NCBI RefSeq assembly: GCF_009834535.1 | Contig: NC_045696.1 | Location: forward strand, 99,512,001 to 99,576,000 | From: Camelus ferus | Lineage: Eukaryota | Direction: 5' to 3' | Length of the DNA stretch: 64,000 nucleotides | Shown: positions 12,360 through 25,516 of the stretch, piece by piece | Numbering within the stretch: position 1 is the first letter of the stretch | Layout of the letters: the number at the start of each line of letters is the position of its first letter | Position numbers and translations under genes: made by a program | The notes under the pieces: generated by a model | The model's input: only the letters and a program-made list of their open reading frames with translations | What the model was told of the DNA's origin: nothing | Database searches by the model: none

Positions 12360-12920
12360 TGTGTTTTTTTTATAGTTTATAATTTATACTGAGTTAAATG
12401 TACTTTTTGGTGTTCAATAAGTTTTGACAATTATGTAAACTTGTGGACTATTATCCAAAACAAGATATAGAATTTTTTCACTATCCCAGAACATTTTCTT
12501 ATGTCCCTTTTTGATAGGTTCCCCACCCATCTGCAACAAAATCTACTGCCATGGATTAGGTTTGCCTGCCTAGTTTCATATAAGAGACTTCTTTTTTTGC
12601 TTTTTCTCATCGTAATGTGTGCAATTTAGATGGTTACATTGTATGTAAATATCAGTAGTTATTGTGAAGTAGTATTCCCTTGTCTGTATATTCCATAATT
12701 AGTTTATCATTCTTCTGATGATGGACATTTGGGTTGTTGCCAGTTTTAGGCTACTGTAAACACAGCTGCTATTACTATTACTGTATGAATCTTTTTATGG
12801 ACATATGTTTTCATTTTGCTTAGCTAAATACCTAGGAGTAGAATTGCTGGACATAGAGTTGAAGTAATCTAACTTTATAGTAGCCAGCCAATTTTTGAAA
12901 AATTATACCATTTTACAGTA
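12360..12920 (-). mobile_element. Ancient L1 (L1MD/ME-like) 3' end
   Basis: TGATGGACATTTGGGTTGTTGCCAGTTTTAGGCTACTGTAAA...AAATACCTAGGAGTAGAATTGCTGG is the antisense ORF2 C-terminus and 3'UTR. Confidence 0.8.
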
Positions 12921-13249
12921 CAAATGCAAAATCTTTTAAAACAGAAAATAGTTGTTTTCTAAAAAAACTGCCCTGAGAATTACATGATTTTAAATACTCA
13001 TACTCTTTAATGCAAATCCTTGATCTAAAATCTTGTCAAAATGGTCTGTGTGGCAGTTTTCAGAGAGAAGTTGCAGGGTTGATGAGTACTGCTGGGACTG
13101 TGAAGAGACTGTTCATTACTTAAGCATTACATACAAATTAACTTAATAAACTCTGCTCAGGATGAGCAAGTTGCTCTGTTAATTTATTCTTGGTGGGTAG
13201 GGCAAAAGTCTTACTAAAATGGCAGAGGGTGTTCTGAATATCCTCTTGA

Positions 13250-13430
13250 TGTAGGTCTGCCCCATTACTCTCTATCATAACATGCTCTTTTGTGTCTCCT
13301 ATTTAAAATGAATTGTTTATGATTTATTCATCCTATTGGACTATCAGGTCTATGAAAGCAGGAATTATAATGGCAGGCACTGCCCTAGACAGTTTTGAAT
13401 GACACAATATATCAGGCATCAGTTAAACAT
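13250..13430 (+). mobile_element. L2 3' terminal fragment
   Basis: CATTACTCTCTATCATAAC...GGACTATCAGGTCTATGAAAGCAGGAA resembles the L2 3' core. Confidence 0.45.
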
Positions 13431-13785
13431 TTCTATAGTTTGAATTCTCACCATAATCAATTTCTGTTTCCCAGGAAAGAAACTTCATTTCTTCTACCAT
13501 CTAAAGGGAACTTTTCTTGAGAGAGCTTAATACATTGCTTCTCCTTTGTTCTATTCATCTTTTAAGAAAAATTCAGCTCAAAAGTACTGCTCCTGCTCAA
13601 AGGCACTCTTCCTACTGTTGTTTTTGAGTAGGATAGAGAGGACGGGGCTCTTGTGAATAAGGGATAGTGTTACCTTTGGCGAGGAGCATAGGTGGTTTAC
13701 CTACAGTGACAAGATGGAGTAGATGGAAAGTTTCAGTAAGTGTGAAGAAAGAGAGACTTAATGTATTGTACTGCTCAAGGCGCTC

Positions 13786-16700
13786 TGAACAGGAGTTCCT
13801 GTCAATATGGCAAAGTGAGAGACTTCTGAACTTACCTACTCCCACAGGGGCACTGAATCTACAGCTATATATGGAACAATTCCCTCTAAAAGAAATCCAT
13901 AATATAGCTCAATGGCTCCTACAAATCAAGTGAATGAGAAAAAGTCCATATTAGAATGGTTGACATTGTCTCCATGAAGGGAGCTTGGGTACATATCTGG
14001 CACCCCATTTTTTGTTGTAGCCCAGAGGACACATCCCTTTATACCCAGGCTCTAATGGCCTTATGTTTGGGTTCAGTGGGACTGTGGCAGACAAAGGGAC
14101 AGCTGGCTGGCTGTCCTCCCAGGACTTAGCACAGAGGAAGATGAGGCACTCATCTCCCAGGCTTTTCCTGAAAGAGGTCTATTGGCATATGTTAAAAGCT
14201 GCTGCCTAAGGGTTCTACTTCCAATCAGTCTGCATCTGGGTGCTAAGAACCTCCCCTTTGGGACACTGACAGGTCTTGGCACACTTACCAGTGGGAGACC
14301 TAAGTACAAAGAAGTCTGCTTAAACACATAGGTTTGAGAAACAGTTAGGACTGAGCTAAATAATAAGCTTCATTTCCTACATGAGACTACACCTTCAATA
14401 CGAGGAGAGGTGGATATTCTATCTAATGCACAGAAACCAACATAGGCAAAGTAAAACAAACAGGGGAATATGTTCCAGAAAAAGAAAATAAAACCCCAGA
14501 AACAGACACTAATAAAAAAAGAGTTCAAATAATGGCATAAAGATGCTTAGTGAGGTCAATAGAACAATGCATGCACAAAGTGAAAATTTCAACAAAGAGA
14601 TAGAAAACATAAGAAAGTACTAAACAGAAATCACAGAGCTAAAGAATATTCAGTAGAAAGGTTTGACAGCAGACTAGATGAAATGGAAGAAAGGATCAGT
14701 GAAATTAAAGACAGGGCAGTGGAATTCATTCAAAGCACCCCTCTCCCCCTGCCAAAATAGAGTGAAGATAGGTTAAGGGACTTATGGGACATCATTGAGT
14801 GGACCCATATTTGCATTATAGGGGTCCCAGAAGAAGACAGAGAAAAAGAGGCAGAAACTTTATTTGAAGAATAATAGTTGAAAACTTTCCTAACGTGGGG
14901 AAGAAAACTGACATCCAGATCCAGGAAGACTATAATTAAATTGCCAAAATTTCAAGACAAGGGAAGACTCTTAAAAGCAGCAAGAGGAAAACAACTTTAA
15001 TGTACAAGGGAACCCCTATAAAACTATCAGCAGAATTTTCATCAGAAACTTTGCAGACCAGAAGGAAGTGGCCAATATATTCAAAATGCTGAAAATTGCT
15101 AGCAAATAGTCTACCCAGAAAAGTCCTTTAGATTTGAAGAAGAGCCAAATGAGTTTATCACCACTAGACTGACCTTAGAAGAAGAAATAATAAAGGGAAT
15201 TTTTCAAGTTGAAACAAAAATCAGTAACAGAAAAACATATCACTGTACAAATCTTCATGGTAAGACAAATACATAATTAAATCATAATACTCTTGTAATG
15301 GTGGTGGGCAAATCACCTATTAATCTACTATGAAAGTTAAAAGACAAAGTTAATTTGTTAATGAATACACAGGACCAAGGGATGAAAACTGTGACAACTA
15401 AAACAAAGTGTGAGAAGGAAGAGTCAGAAAAAGTTACAGCTTTAACATGAGTTCAAATGTAAGTTATCAGCTTAAATAGGCTACTATGAGAACAAGATGT
15501 TTCCTATAAGCTTTATGGTAACAGCAAAGCAAAATCTTTGATAGATACACAACCCAATTATTAGCTGCTACAAGAGACTCACTTACATTTTAAGAGGTTA
15601 AAAGTGGACTTGGAAAAAAAATTCCATGCAAAAGGAAATTGAAAGCAGAGGTAGCTCTACTTATGGCAGACAAAATAGGCTTTAAGCCAGAGGCTGTAAT
15701 AAGAGACAAAGGAGGTTATTATACAGTTATAAAAGCATCAATCTAACAAGAGGGTATAACACTTGTAAATATTTATCCACCCAACATAGAAGCACTAAAT
15801 ATATAAAGCAATTATTAACAGACATGAAGAGAGGAATACACAACAATACAAAAATAGTGCAGGACTTCATTTTCAACTAATGAATAGATCATCAAGATAG
15901 AATATCAATAAAAAAAATTGGACTTAGATATTTACAGAACATCAACCCAAAAATAGCAGAATAAGCATCCTTTCAAGTGCACCTAGAGCATCCTCCAGGA
16001 TAGACCATATGTTAGGCCACAAAACAAGTCATAGTAAATTTAAAAAGACTGAAGTCCTATTAGGCATTTTTTCAGATCACAATGTTATGAAACCAGATCA
16101 AATTACAATAAGGAAAAAAATCTGGAAAAGTCACAAATATGTGGAAATTAAAGACATACTACCACAAAACCAAGGTGTCAAAAAAGAAATCAAAATATCT
16201 TGAGGCAAATGAAAATGGAAATACAACATACCAAAACTTAAATAAGATGTAGCAAAAGCAATTCTACAGGGGAAATTCCTACATTAGGAAATAAGAAAGA
16301 TCTCAAACAAATTTACATGTCAAGGAACTAGAAAAAGAAAAACAAATTAAGCCCAAAGATAGTAGAATGAAGAAAATAAAGCTCAGAGAGGAAATGAAAT
16401 AAATAGAGCATAAAGAGAAAATAGAAAAGATCAATAAAACTAAGACCTGGGCTTTAGAAATTATAAAATAGACAAACCCTTAGCAAGAATCACCAAGAAA
16501 AAAAGAAGACTCCGATAAAATTAGAAATGAGGACACTTTATAATAAAAGGAGACAACACTGCAGAAATGAAAAGGATAAGAGACTAATGTATACAATATA
16601 TGCGAACAAATAAGACAACCTAGAAGAAATGGATAAATTCCTAGAAAGACAACTTATAAAGACTAATTTATGGAGAAATAGAAAATCTGAACAGGCTAAA

Positions 16701-18125
16701 TACTAGTAACAAGATGGAAACAGTAATCCAAAACCCTCCAAAAGTCTAGGACCAGATGGCTTCACTGGTGAATTCTACCAAAAAATTAAAAAAAAATTAT
16801 TACCAATCTTCTTCAAACTCTTCCAAAAAATAGAAGAGGAGGGAACATTTCTAAACAAACCTTATGAGGCTAGTTTTTACCCTGATACTAAAACTAGAGA
16901 AGGCCATTACAAAAAATAAATTACAGGCCAGTATCTCTGAGGAACATGGATGCAAAACTCCTCAAAATATTAGCAAAAACAAAATTCACCTATGCAGGCA
17001 AAGGATTATATTCCATGATCAAGTAGGATTTATTCCAGAGATGCAAGGTGTTCATCTGCAAATAAATGAAGGGTAAAAATCAAATGATCATCTTGATAGA
17101 TGTCCAAAAGCATTTGACAAAATTCAACATCTAATCATGATAAAAACTCTCAATGAAGTGGGTGTAGAGGAAACATGCCTCAACATAATAAACGTCACAT
17201 AGGACAAACCCACAGTCAGTGTAATACTCAACAGTGAAAAACTGAAAGCCTTTGCTCTAAAATCAGGAATAAGACAAGGATACCCACTCTTGTCACTTTT
17301 ATTCAACATAGCGCTGGAAGTCCTAGCTAAGAGCAATTAGGCAAGAAATAAAAGGCAGCCAACTGGGAAAGGAAGAAGTAAAATTGTCTCTATTTGCAGA
17401 TAACATGGCATTGTACGTAGAAAATCCTGAAGAATCTGCGAAAAAACCATTAGCAGGCAACTTCAGTAAATTTCAGGATATAAAATATATATATATAAAT
17501 TAATTGCATTTCTATACACTAAAATGAATGATAAGAAAATAATTCAACTTACAATTGCATCAAAAAGAATAAAATATCTAGGAATAAATTTAACCAAGGA
17601 AGTGAAAGGCCTGCACACTGAGAACTATAAGACATTGATGAAAGAAACTCAAGAAGACACAAATGAACAGAAAAATGTTCTGTCCTAATGGACTGGGAGA
17701 ATTACTATTGTTAAAATAGTCATACTGCCCAAAGCAATCTACAGATTCAATGCAATTCTTATCAAAATTCTAATTTTTTTCACTAAAGTAGACAAAACAA
17801 TCCTAAAGTTTGTATGGAATCACAAAAGCAATCATGAGAAAGAAGAACAAAGTTAGAGGCATCACAATTCCTAATTTCAAATTATATTATAAAGCTATAG
17901 TAATCAAAATAGTATCATATTGGCATAACTTAGACACACAGATCATTGGAACAGAATAGATAACCCAGAAGTTACCCCATACATATGATCAATTAATTTA
18001 TGACAAAGGAGCCAAGAACATACATGAGTAAAGAATAATCTATTCAATAAATACTGTTGAGAAAACTGGACCACTATCTTATACTATATAAAATATGAAT
18101 GCAGTATGGATGAAAGACTTGAATG
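13786..18125 (+). mobile_element. Old L1 (L1M2/L1MA-type): shortened 5'UTR, ORF1 and most of ORF2; 3' end missing
   Basis: The 5' end aligns by eye with the L1 starting at ~33627 (CTGAACTTACCTACTCCC...GAATCTACAGCTA); ORF1-like ~14450-15240; ORF2 motifs CTACAAGAGACTCAC, HDQVGFIPEMQG and TTTGCAGATAACATG; many stops and deletions. Confidence 0.92.
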
Positions 18126-18255
18126 AAGTAATTTGCAGTGAAAAAGAATATGAAAATGAATCTATGTATGCTCATGTATGACTGAAGCATTATGATGTAC
18201 ACTGGAAATTGACACATTGTAAACTGACTATACTTTAATAATACATGTATACAAA
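18126..18255 (+). mobile_element. Young L1 extreme 3' end with degenerate TSD
   Basis: GAAAAAGAATATGAAAATGAA...GAAATTGACACATTGTAAACTGACTATAC; flanks AAAGACTTGAATG (18113-18125) and AAAGATTTGCATG (18256-18268) match 11/13. Confidence 0.85.
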
Positions 18256-18764
18256 AAAGATTTGCATGTGCTACACTATATATATATATAGTAGGAGAAT
18301 TTGAGTTTTAAATCTATGTGTTTTGAGGGTTACAACATGAAGCGTGTTTCCAACCGACTGTCACGGGATAAAGAGTGTAGGGAACAGGTGTGAGGAGCTG
18401 AAGCTTAGTGGTAAGGGGCTGGGGGAACCAGGAGTAATGAAAGCAGTGCATGAGTTAAGGGAGAGGAAGTGTTCTGGATAAACAATGCAGACAGGTAGTG
18501 GTTACTATCAAGGCTGAACTCAAGTATGGTAAGACCAAGTATATTATCTGGAGAGGACAAACACATGTATATAGCTACGAAGAAACAGAAAACAAAACCA
18601 AACCCCCCTCCCCAAAAGAAAAAACAAAAACAAAAACAAAACATCGAGGACAATCTCATCACACAGAGGCTTCAAATCTTTTCATTTGTATGATATTTGT
18701 AGTTCTCTACCAGGTTTAATTTTCAAAAAAAGCCAAATCAGCATCCTTGAAATTGGAGATTATC

Positions 18765-18925
18765 TAAATATATATATGGAACTGGATGTATGTATGTGTG
18801 TGTGTATTTGTATATATATAAAATCTCCACTATCACACCATATATAGTATTATTCATATATATCAGTGTGACAAATGTATCAGTACGATATGTGTATATG
18901 TCAGTATGATTGTATATGTTTATGA
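18765..18925. repeat. Degenerate (TA)n/(TG)n low-complexity tract
   Basis: Direct reading: TATATATATGG...GTATGTATGTGTGTGTGTATTTGTATATATATA. Confidence 0.6.
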
Positions 18926-19299
18926 TTCTATGTTTTCCATTCCTTTTCCAGAGTGGATTTAAGGTACCTGAATCAGTGTCATGTGTCATCTCTGTCACTC
19001 TAACTAAAGTCTCTGTGATTTTTAGGTCTTTGGAAGACACGTCACAAATTCAGCTACTCAGACAAAACCACCAATACTTGCCATAGTGAAGAAAGAATAT
19101 CAGAGAAGCATTGTCAGAGCTTTTGGAAGTTTCTTATCATTTGAGAACTTAAGCAGAGTCGAGTGCATTTGGTAGTCTTAGTAAAATTTATATGTTTGAT
19201 GACTGAAATTGTTTTATGATTTGGGAACTTACTGATAAACCCTGGTAAAGTTATAGATAATAAATCACATCTAGTTACATATTGAATAAGTCCTTTTCA

Positions 19300-19495
19300 T
19301 CAAAATCACCCTGTTCTTTTATCACACTTACTAAACTTTGTTATAAGCAATAACATTTGTAAATCTTATTCGTTTAATATTCCTATTCCTTACCAGACTG
19401 TAAGCCCCATGAAGCCAGAAGCCATGTATTTTTGGCCACCATTGTAAACCTAGGAAAGTACCAATTAATAAATATATGAATAATTATATGAATTT
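19300..19495 (+). mobile_element. L2 3' terminal fragment
   Basis: CCAGACTGTAAGCCCCATGAAGCCAGAAGCCATGT...AATAAATATATGAA. Confidence 0.65.
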
Positions 19496-20279
19496 AAAAG
19501 ACAGAAAACTGACAATGACTGAAAATCCACGTTGTATAGTTATCATCCTTACATGCCAAAGGGGAATTAATTTAATACTTCTGGAAAGTTCCATTAAGAA
19601 CATTGTTTATGTTTTCTGAGGTGTCAGTTGCATATATATGAAGGTCTTGTTTCCTAATAACCATGCCCTAAATTTTCCTTCCCAAAAGGCAGTGAACTCC
19701 CTTGTCAACCTTTCACAAATTGTAGTCAACACTAAGTCTGGGTTGACACATTTACCCTCAAAATTTTAGCAATTTGATGCTGGGTAAGTTGTTGAAAACA
19801 CTTTCACTGAAGTTTGTATTTTGCCCTAATTAGCTTTCAAACACAGTCTTTCTATTGATGTTATTCCTTCGTAGCTACTATCCTGTTCTTTTACATGATT
19901 GGCACATGTGGGATCGCCCCCCCCCACCCCATTAGTCCAGTTCCCAGCAGTTCTTACTAAAGGTGATACATAAAACATGATGTTTAACCTTAAAAGCCCA
20001 TAAACTCCAATCCATTCATCTGAAATTCTCCAAGTCTAATGCCTCACATGCTCCTGGTGGCTGAGGCTCCTGGGAAGTGGGACCATTGACTGATCTCAGG
20101 CAGGTTTTCCAGCTTAAAGTTGATTTCTCTCCACCAACATTCCTATTGTTAAAGTGCTATTGGTAGCCTTTTAGAAATATTTGGAGTTTCTTGTTGGTGT
20201 TATCATCAACAAGATGATATCTTGTTTTTCTAAAACTTAAGTAAGGGAAAAATTTAAGTCCTTTCAATATCATGTTACA

Positions 20280-20418
20280 AAAGTGCTTCTCAAACTTTAA
20301 TGTGCACCTGAATTGCCTGGTGATTTTAAAATTCAGATTCTGACTCAGTGCCTCTGGAGTGGGGACTCAGATTCTACAGTACTGCTGGATGATGCTACAT
20401 GTTTTGAATAGCAAGGTT
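20280..20418. mobile_element. MER5A-like hAT-Charlie relic
   Basis: AGTGCTTCTCAAACTTTAATGTGCA...CAGATTCTGACTCAGT...TTTGAATAGCAAGG. Confidence 0.7.
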
Positions 20419-20467
20419 CAAGGACAAATTGTTGAAAGCCTTTGTAAAAGCCCATGCCACTTTCTAT

Positions 20468-22115
20468 GGTGGTGGTTCTGAAACTTGGTTGCAAATTAGA
20501 ATCACCTGGGAGGTTTTAAAAATCCTGCTATGCATAAAAACAGACATAGGAATCAATGGAACAGAACAGACAGCCCAGATATAAACCCACAGACCTACAG
20601 TCAATTAATCTTCAATAAAGGAGGCAAGAATATACAATAGAGAAAAGACAATCTCTTCAGCAAGTAGTGCTGGGAAAACTAGACAGCAGCATGTAAATCA
20701 AGGAAATTGGAACACTCCCTCACATTATACACAAAATAAAGTCAAATGGCTTAAAGACAAATAAAAGACAAGATGTAATAAACCTCCTAGAAGAAAACAT
20801 AGGCAAAGCATTCTCTGACATAAATCTTAGCAATGTACTCCTAGGACAGTCTATCTAGGCAATAAAAATAAAGACAAAAATTAAACAGGACCTGATTAAA
20901 CTTGTAAGCTTTTACACAGCAAAGGAAACCATTGGCAAAACAAAATGACAACCTATGGAATGGGAGAAAATATTTGCAAATGATGAAACTATCAAAGGTT
21001 TAATTCCCAGTATATATAAACAGCTCATACAACTTAATAAAAAAAAAACCCAAACAACCCAATCCAAAAATGGGCAGAAGACCGAAACAAGCAATTCTCC
21101 AATGAACACGTACAAATGGTTAATAGGCACAGGAAAAAATGTTCAAATTGCTAATTATCAAAGAAATGCAAATCAAAACTACAATGAGGTATCACCTCAC
21201 ACCAGTCAGAATGGCCCTCATTCAAAAGTCAACAAACAATAAATGCTGGCGAGGCTGCAGAGAAAAGGGAACCCTCCTACGCTGTTGGTGGGAACGTAGT
21301 TTGGTGCAGCCATTATGGAAAACAGTATGGAGATTTCTCAAAAGACTTAAAATAGACTTACCATATGATCCAGCAATCCCACTGCTGGGCATATATCCAG
21401 AGGGAACCTTAATTCAAAAAGATATCTGCACCCCAATGCTCATAGCAGCACTGTATACAATAGCCAAGACATGGAAGCAACCTAAACGTCTATCAACACA
21501 TGACTGGATAAAGAAACTGTGGTATATTTATACAATGAAATACTACTCGGCCATAAAAAAGAATAAAATAATGCCATTTGCAGCAACGTGGATGAGCCTA
21601 GAGACTGTCATTCTAAGTGAAGTAAGCCAGAAAGAGAAAGAAAAATACCATCACTCATTAAGTGGGATCTAAAAAAATGAAAAAGGACGCTAGTAAACTC
21701 ATTTACAAAACAGAAACAGACTCACAAAGATAGTCTGGTTATGGGAGCAAGGGGGTGGGAAGTGATATATTTGGGAGTTTCAGATTTGCAAAATGTTAGC
21801 CATTATATTATAAAAATAGATTAAAAGACCCAAATTTCCTCTGTATAGCACAGGAAGCTGTATTCAATATCTTGTAATAACCTTTAATGAGAAAGAATAT
21901 AAATATGAATATATGTATGTATATGCATGACTGGGACACTGTGCTGTACACTAGAAATTGACACATTGTAACTGACTACATTTCAATTAAAGGAAAAGAA
22001 AAGAAAAATCCTGCTACTCAAGCCTTACTCAGTTTCCAATTAAATTGGAATATTGGGGGTGAGATCTAGTTATCAGTTTTTAAAACTCCCCAGCTGTTTC
22101 TAATATGCTCTAAGG
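20468..22115. mobile_element. MER5A1-like relic in two parts (20468-20530 and 22017-22115), split by an L1
   Basis: TGGTTCTGAAACTTGGTTGCAAATTAGAATCACCTGGGAG...AAAAATCCTGCT continues after the L1 as CCAATTAAATTGGAAT...TAAAACTCCCCAG...TTCTAATATGC. Confidence 0.65.
20531..22003 (+). mobile_element. Young 5'-truncated L1 with a perfect 13-bp TSD
   Basis: ORF 21139-21672 is the ORF2p C-terminus; AAAAATCCTGCTA at 20518-20530 and 22004-22016; target context TTTT/AAAAA; A-rich tail. Confidence 0.97.
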
Positions 22116-22669
22116 GCATATAGCTGCGTTTACACAACTAATTAGGACCATTCTACAGTTCTGTAAAACTGCTAAGGTATGATGGTTTTATTGCCCTGTA
22201 GGACTTTAACTAATTTTGTAACTAATTTGGTATTTTATTTCAGCTTTTATTATTTTTTTCCTACTAAATACCAATTTCTCAAATTTTATTTTGTCGTCTT
22301 GCTAGTTTGCTCATTAATGAGTTAAATAAAACTTTGACACATAATTGGTAATTTTCACGTGTTTTATCCAGTCCAATATCATAACTTCTCAGCTAGTAGC
22401 TACATTTTCTCTTGTGTTTGAGTAGCAGCCAGTCTTTTTTTGGAAATTGATAATGAATACATTATAAATTTGTGTGTTATTTTGGGGTCTCCCTACACCC
22501 CTACCATTCTTGGTGCCATACTCATCAAACCAACAATTGATTGCTAGTTTAGTAATTATTGACATACTTGATCTTAAAGTACATTTCTGGAAATCAGGTT
22601 TACACGCTGCCCTATGCCACTTCACTATTGTTTGGAAGACAGTTCCCTCTTTTATTTACAAGAGAAATG

Positions 22670-22900
22670 CCACAGCGTAACCATCCGCTGGCTTGGACGT
22701 GGAGTTGTTTTCCTACAGTGGGGAGGAGTTGGCTCTACTCCACCCACATTTTCCCCCAGCTTCTCCTTATGACTGATGGCTCCCATTTGCAGGATGTCAG
22801 GCCAGGGTCTGAGGGGCTGCCTGTAGCAAAGTAAATTGGCCCACTTAGGGATCAAACCTGGGAACTTGGCTTCATCAGCACAGTAATCTTAGCTGAGGCG
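22670..22900 (-). mobile_element. MamSINE1-like ancient tRNA-headed SINE
   Basis: The reverse complement reads CTCAG...GTGCTGATGAAGCCAAGTTCCCAGGTTTGATCCCTAAGTGGGCCAATTTACTTTGCT, a decayed tRNA-Ile-like head followed by a body. Confidence 0.55.
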
Positions 22901-23579
22901 TGAACCTGCTATTTTATCAGCTGATTGTGAAAGCTGTGATTCTGAAATTGTTCTGCTTCTCAGCTAAAGAAACATTGTGTTAGAGATTGGTAAAGGTGAA
23001 TATACTTCAGAGTTACAAATACAAAATTTAAGATTTAAGTAAAAAGTAGCTAAAATTATATTTATGTATTAAAAATTCTCTCATGCAAGTAAGGGCATCT
23101 AGCTCATATCATCTCTTCTTTTTAGGCTTCACCTTTAATATAATTTTTCAATTTTAAAAAATAAAGTATATTTTACGTACTTAGGTACATGCATTGCCAA
23201 TTTTCATAATGTACAGTAAATATTAAGAGAGACTATAAAGTAATAACATGCCTCAGATGGAAGTTTTTCCCTTCAATGTTGTCTGCTTGCAAGTTATCCA
23301 CTTATTCTGAAGAGTACATAAAATTTTTTTCTGGATAATTTTAGACAAGGAAACTGTTTTCTTAGTTGGACCTCTCTGACTTCATATGGTCCAGTCTTTG
23401 AATGTCTTCCACTACGACAAGTTGTCTTTTTGGCTATATATAATTATAGGAATTAGCTAAGAGCCATTTCAAGTCAAATCTGTTGCATAAGGTATAGATT
23501 TTAAGTTGCTTTAATTAACTGTGGATGAGATACGTGATATGATAATAAATAACAAACCTGCTTTTCTCAAGTGGCTTAT

Positions 23580-23770
23580 AAACTGGTTTTGAAGGCTCCT
23601 CCCAAAAGGGAATTTTAAAATGTTTTAAAATAATGGAAAAGTTAATGGAATAAGTAAGAGGTGTCATGGTGACTACTATGAAGGGCATTATTTATTTTCA
23701 TACTAACTTTCTGGAAGTATTTATGTTTTGTTCTGTTTTGTTTTTGATTCATTACACATAGATACAATAT
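23580..23770 (+). mobile_element. Mariner-type relic (MARNA-like)
   Basis: AAAATGTTTT...AATGG...TGGAATAAGT...CATGGTGACTACTATGAAGGG matches the recalled transposase C-terminal text (RWNKC...GDYFEG). Confidence 0.5.
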
Positions 23771-24299
23771 TCTAGCACTTTTTTAAAGGTAGTATTGACA
23801 TGATTGGTTCTAATTAAAATTTTTTGGCCTTAATTGATTATTCCAGGAGAAACAAGAAATTCACATGCTAAGTCTCAGAAAAGGGAGCCATGGAAATATG
23901 ATGATTTGCAATTTAATACTTAAATAATTTAAATTCATTTTTTGCAGCAAATATACATTATATATTTCTATATTGTTTATTTTATTCACATGACTATAAA
24001 ATCACACTTATTTATGTACCTCCATGGGCCATAAGCAAATGCTTATGATCCATGAATTAGTACATTTAATTTATAATAAAATTTTATTAATCAAATGGTT
24101 AGCTTCAGTGTATTTTGGGATTGATATTATTAACTGTTAAAATTTTTAAAGAATTTGTCAAATTATATTTTCCCACTAACAGTGAAAATAATTGTTTTCT
24201 CAAAATATTAACTGCTACCAATGAAGTCTAATGTCATCAACTAAATATTTCATAGAGAAGAAAGGTCAAAACTGCCAGAAATTTCAAAAACCTTTCCTT

Positions 24300-24838
24300 A
24301 CTTCCATCTACCCAGCAGCACCTCTTCACTTTTTTGGTAATAGTACACCTTATTTCCTCTGAGAAAAGATCTGTCAATCACTGATCACCCTCAGTCAGTG
24401 GAATTTGGGAGCAGATCTGGACATAACCATCTGGCCAATCAAAATATCCTACCAACACCATCTCTAATAATTGGCTCAGGGATGGGTCTGTAACTGAGGC
24501 TGAGCCAGTAAGAGTCAATGACAGGATTTCTGCTGGACATTTTGGTCATGAAGTCTTTTGCATATGGAGTGGCTAAGAAACAGAAGCTTAGAGTTGCTGG
24601 TTGGTCATCTTTGTTACTAAGTGGGGAGAACTGGTCTGGGAAAAATGACAACCTCAGTAAAAGATGACTGGGAGAAGGAGAAAGATTACTGATGCCTTTT
24701 TTTGAACACTTGGATACAATCCTACCAACGGCTGCCTTAGCCCTAGTTTTTCATTAAAGAAACAATGCCTTCCATTTTTGATTAAAGTAGTTTAAGATGC
24801 GTTGCTGTCACTGGCAACAAAAGATCCTGGCTGTTAAC
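24300..24838 (+). mobile_element. Old ERVL-MaLR solo LTR (MLT1J/K/L-like)
   Basis: GGCTCAGGGATGGGTCTGTAACT...; 3' terminus TTAAAGTAGTTTAAG...CTGTCACTGGCAACAAAAGATCCTGGCTGTTAACA. Confidence 0.65.
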
Positions 24839-25516
24839 AAGTAGATAATAAAAATCATGACTTATTTTTGTGGTCATCTTATTATTTACTTTTAAATTAA
24901 GCACTTAAAAATTAAAGACCATCAATACATTTTGATAATGGAATAAAAATCTGAATGAAGACCAAAACAGTAAATGTTACAGAAGATTAATTCATTTGCT
25001 TTTTAGTCATCAACATCAATTGTATCTGATAAAACTAGAAAAGAAATAGGAGTGATTCTTATAATGCTAAAAAGAGATAGAAACAAAAACACATACAATG
25101 AGATTCATATAGCCAAGACTAAGAAGTATTTTAGAAAATATTTCAGCATGGGCTTGGAAGCTATAGTAAATTATCACTAAGATCCTTCCAAATATGAGGG
25201 TCTGTGACTTTTTCACTCTAAAATGGTAGACAAATGCAATTATGGTAAAGAAAATACATAAGTAAATTCAAGTGAGATAAGTGATCAGACCTAGTGGAAA
25301 TAGAAGAGTATAGAAGATGGTAAGAATTCAGATGGATTTTGAAGGAGGGAGGGCATTGAGTTACTAGAGAAACTGTAGTTTTCTTCTATACTGTTTTGAT
25401 TTTATATTTAATATAGCATCAACTTCCATGGATTAAAATAGTCTCAGACAATCTAATATCACATCTGAAATGTTCTTGTTAAATCGTTATTGTATACTTT
25501 CATTTAAGACTTCCTA

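Noticed and set aside
21139..21672. Longest ORF (177 aa) as a host gene
   Set aside because: It is the C-terminus of L1 ORF2p inside a 5'-truncated insertion.
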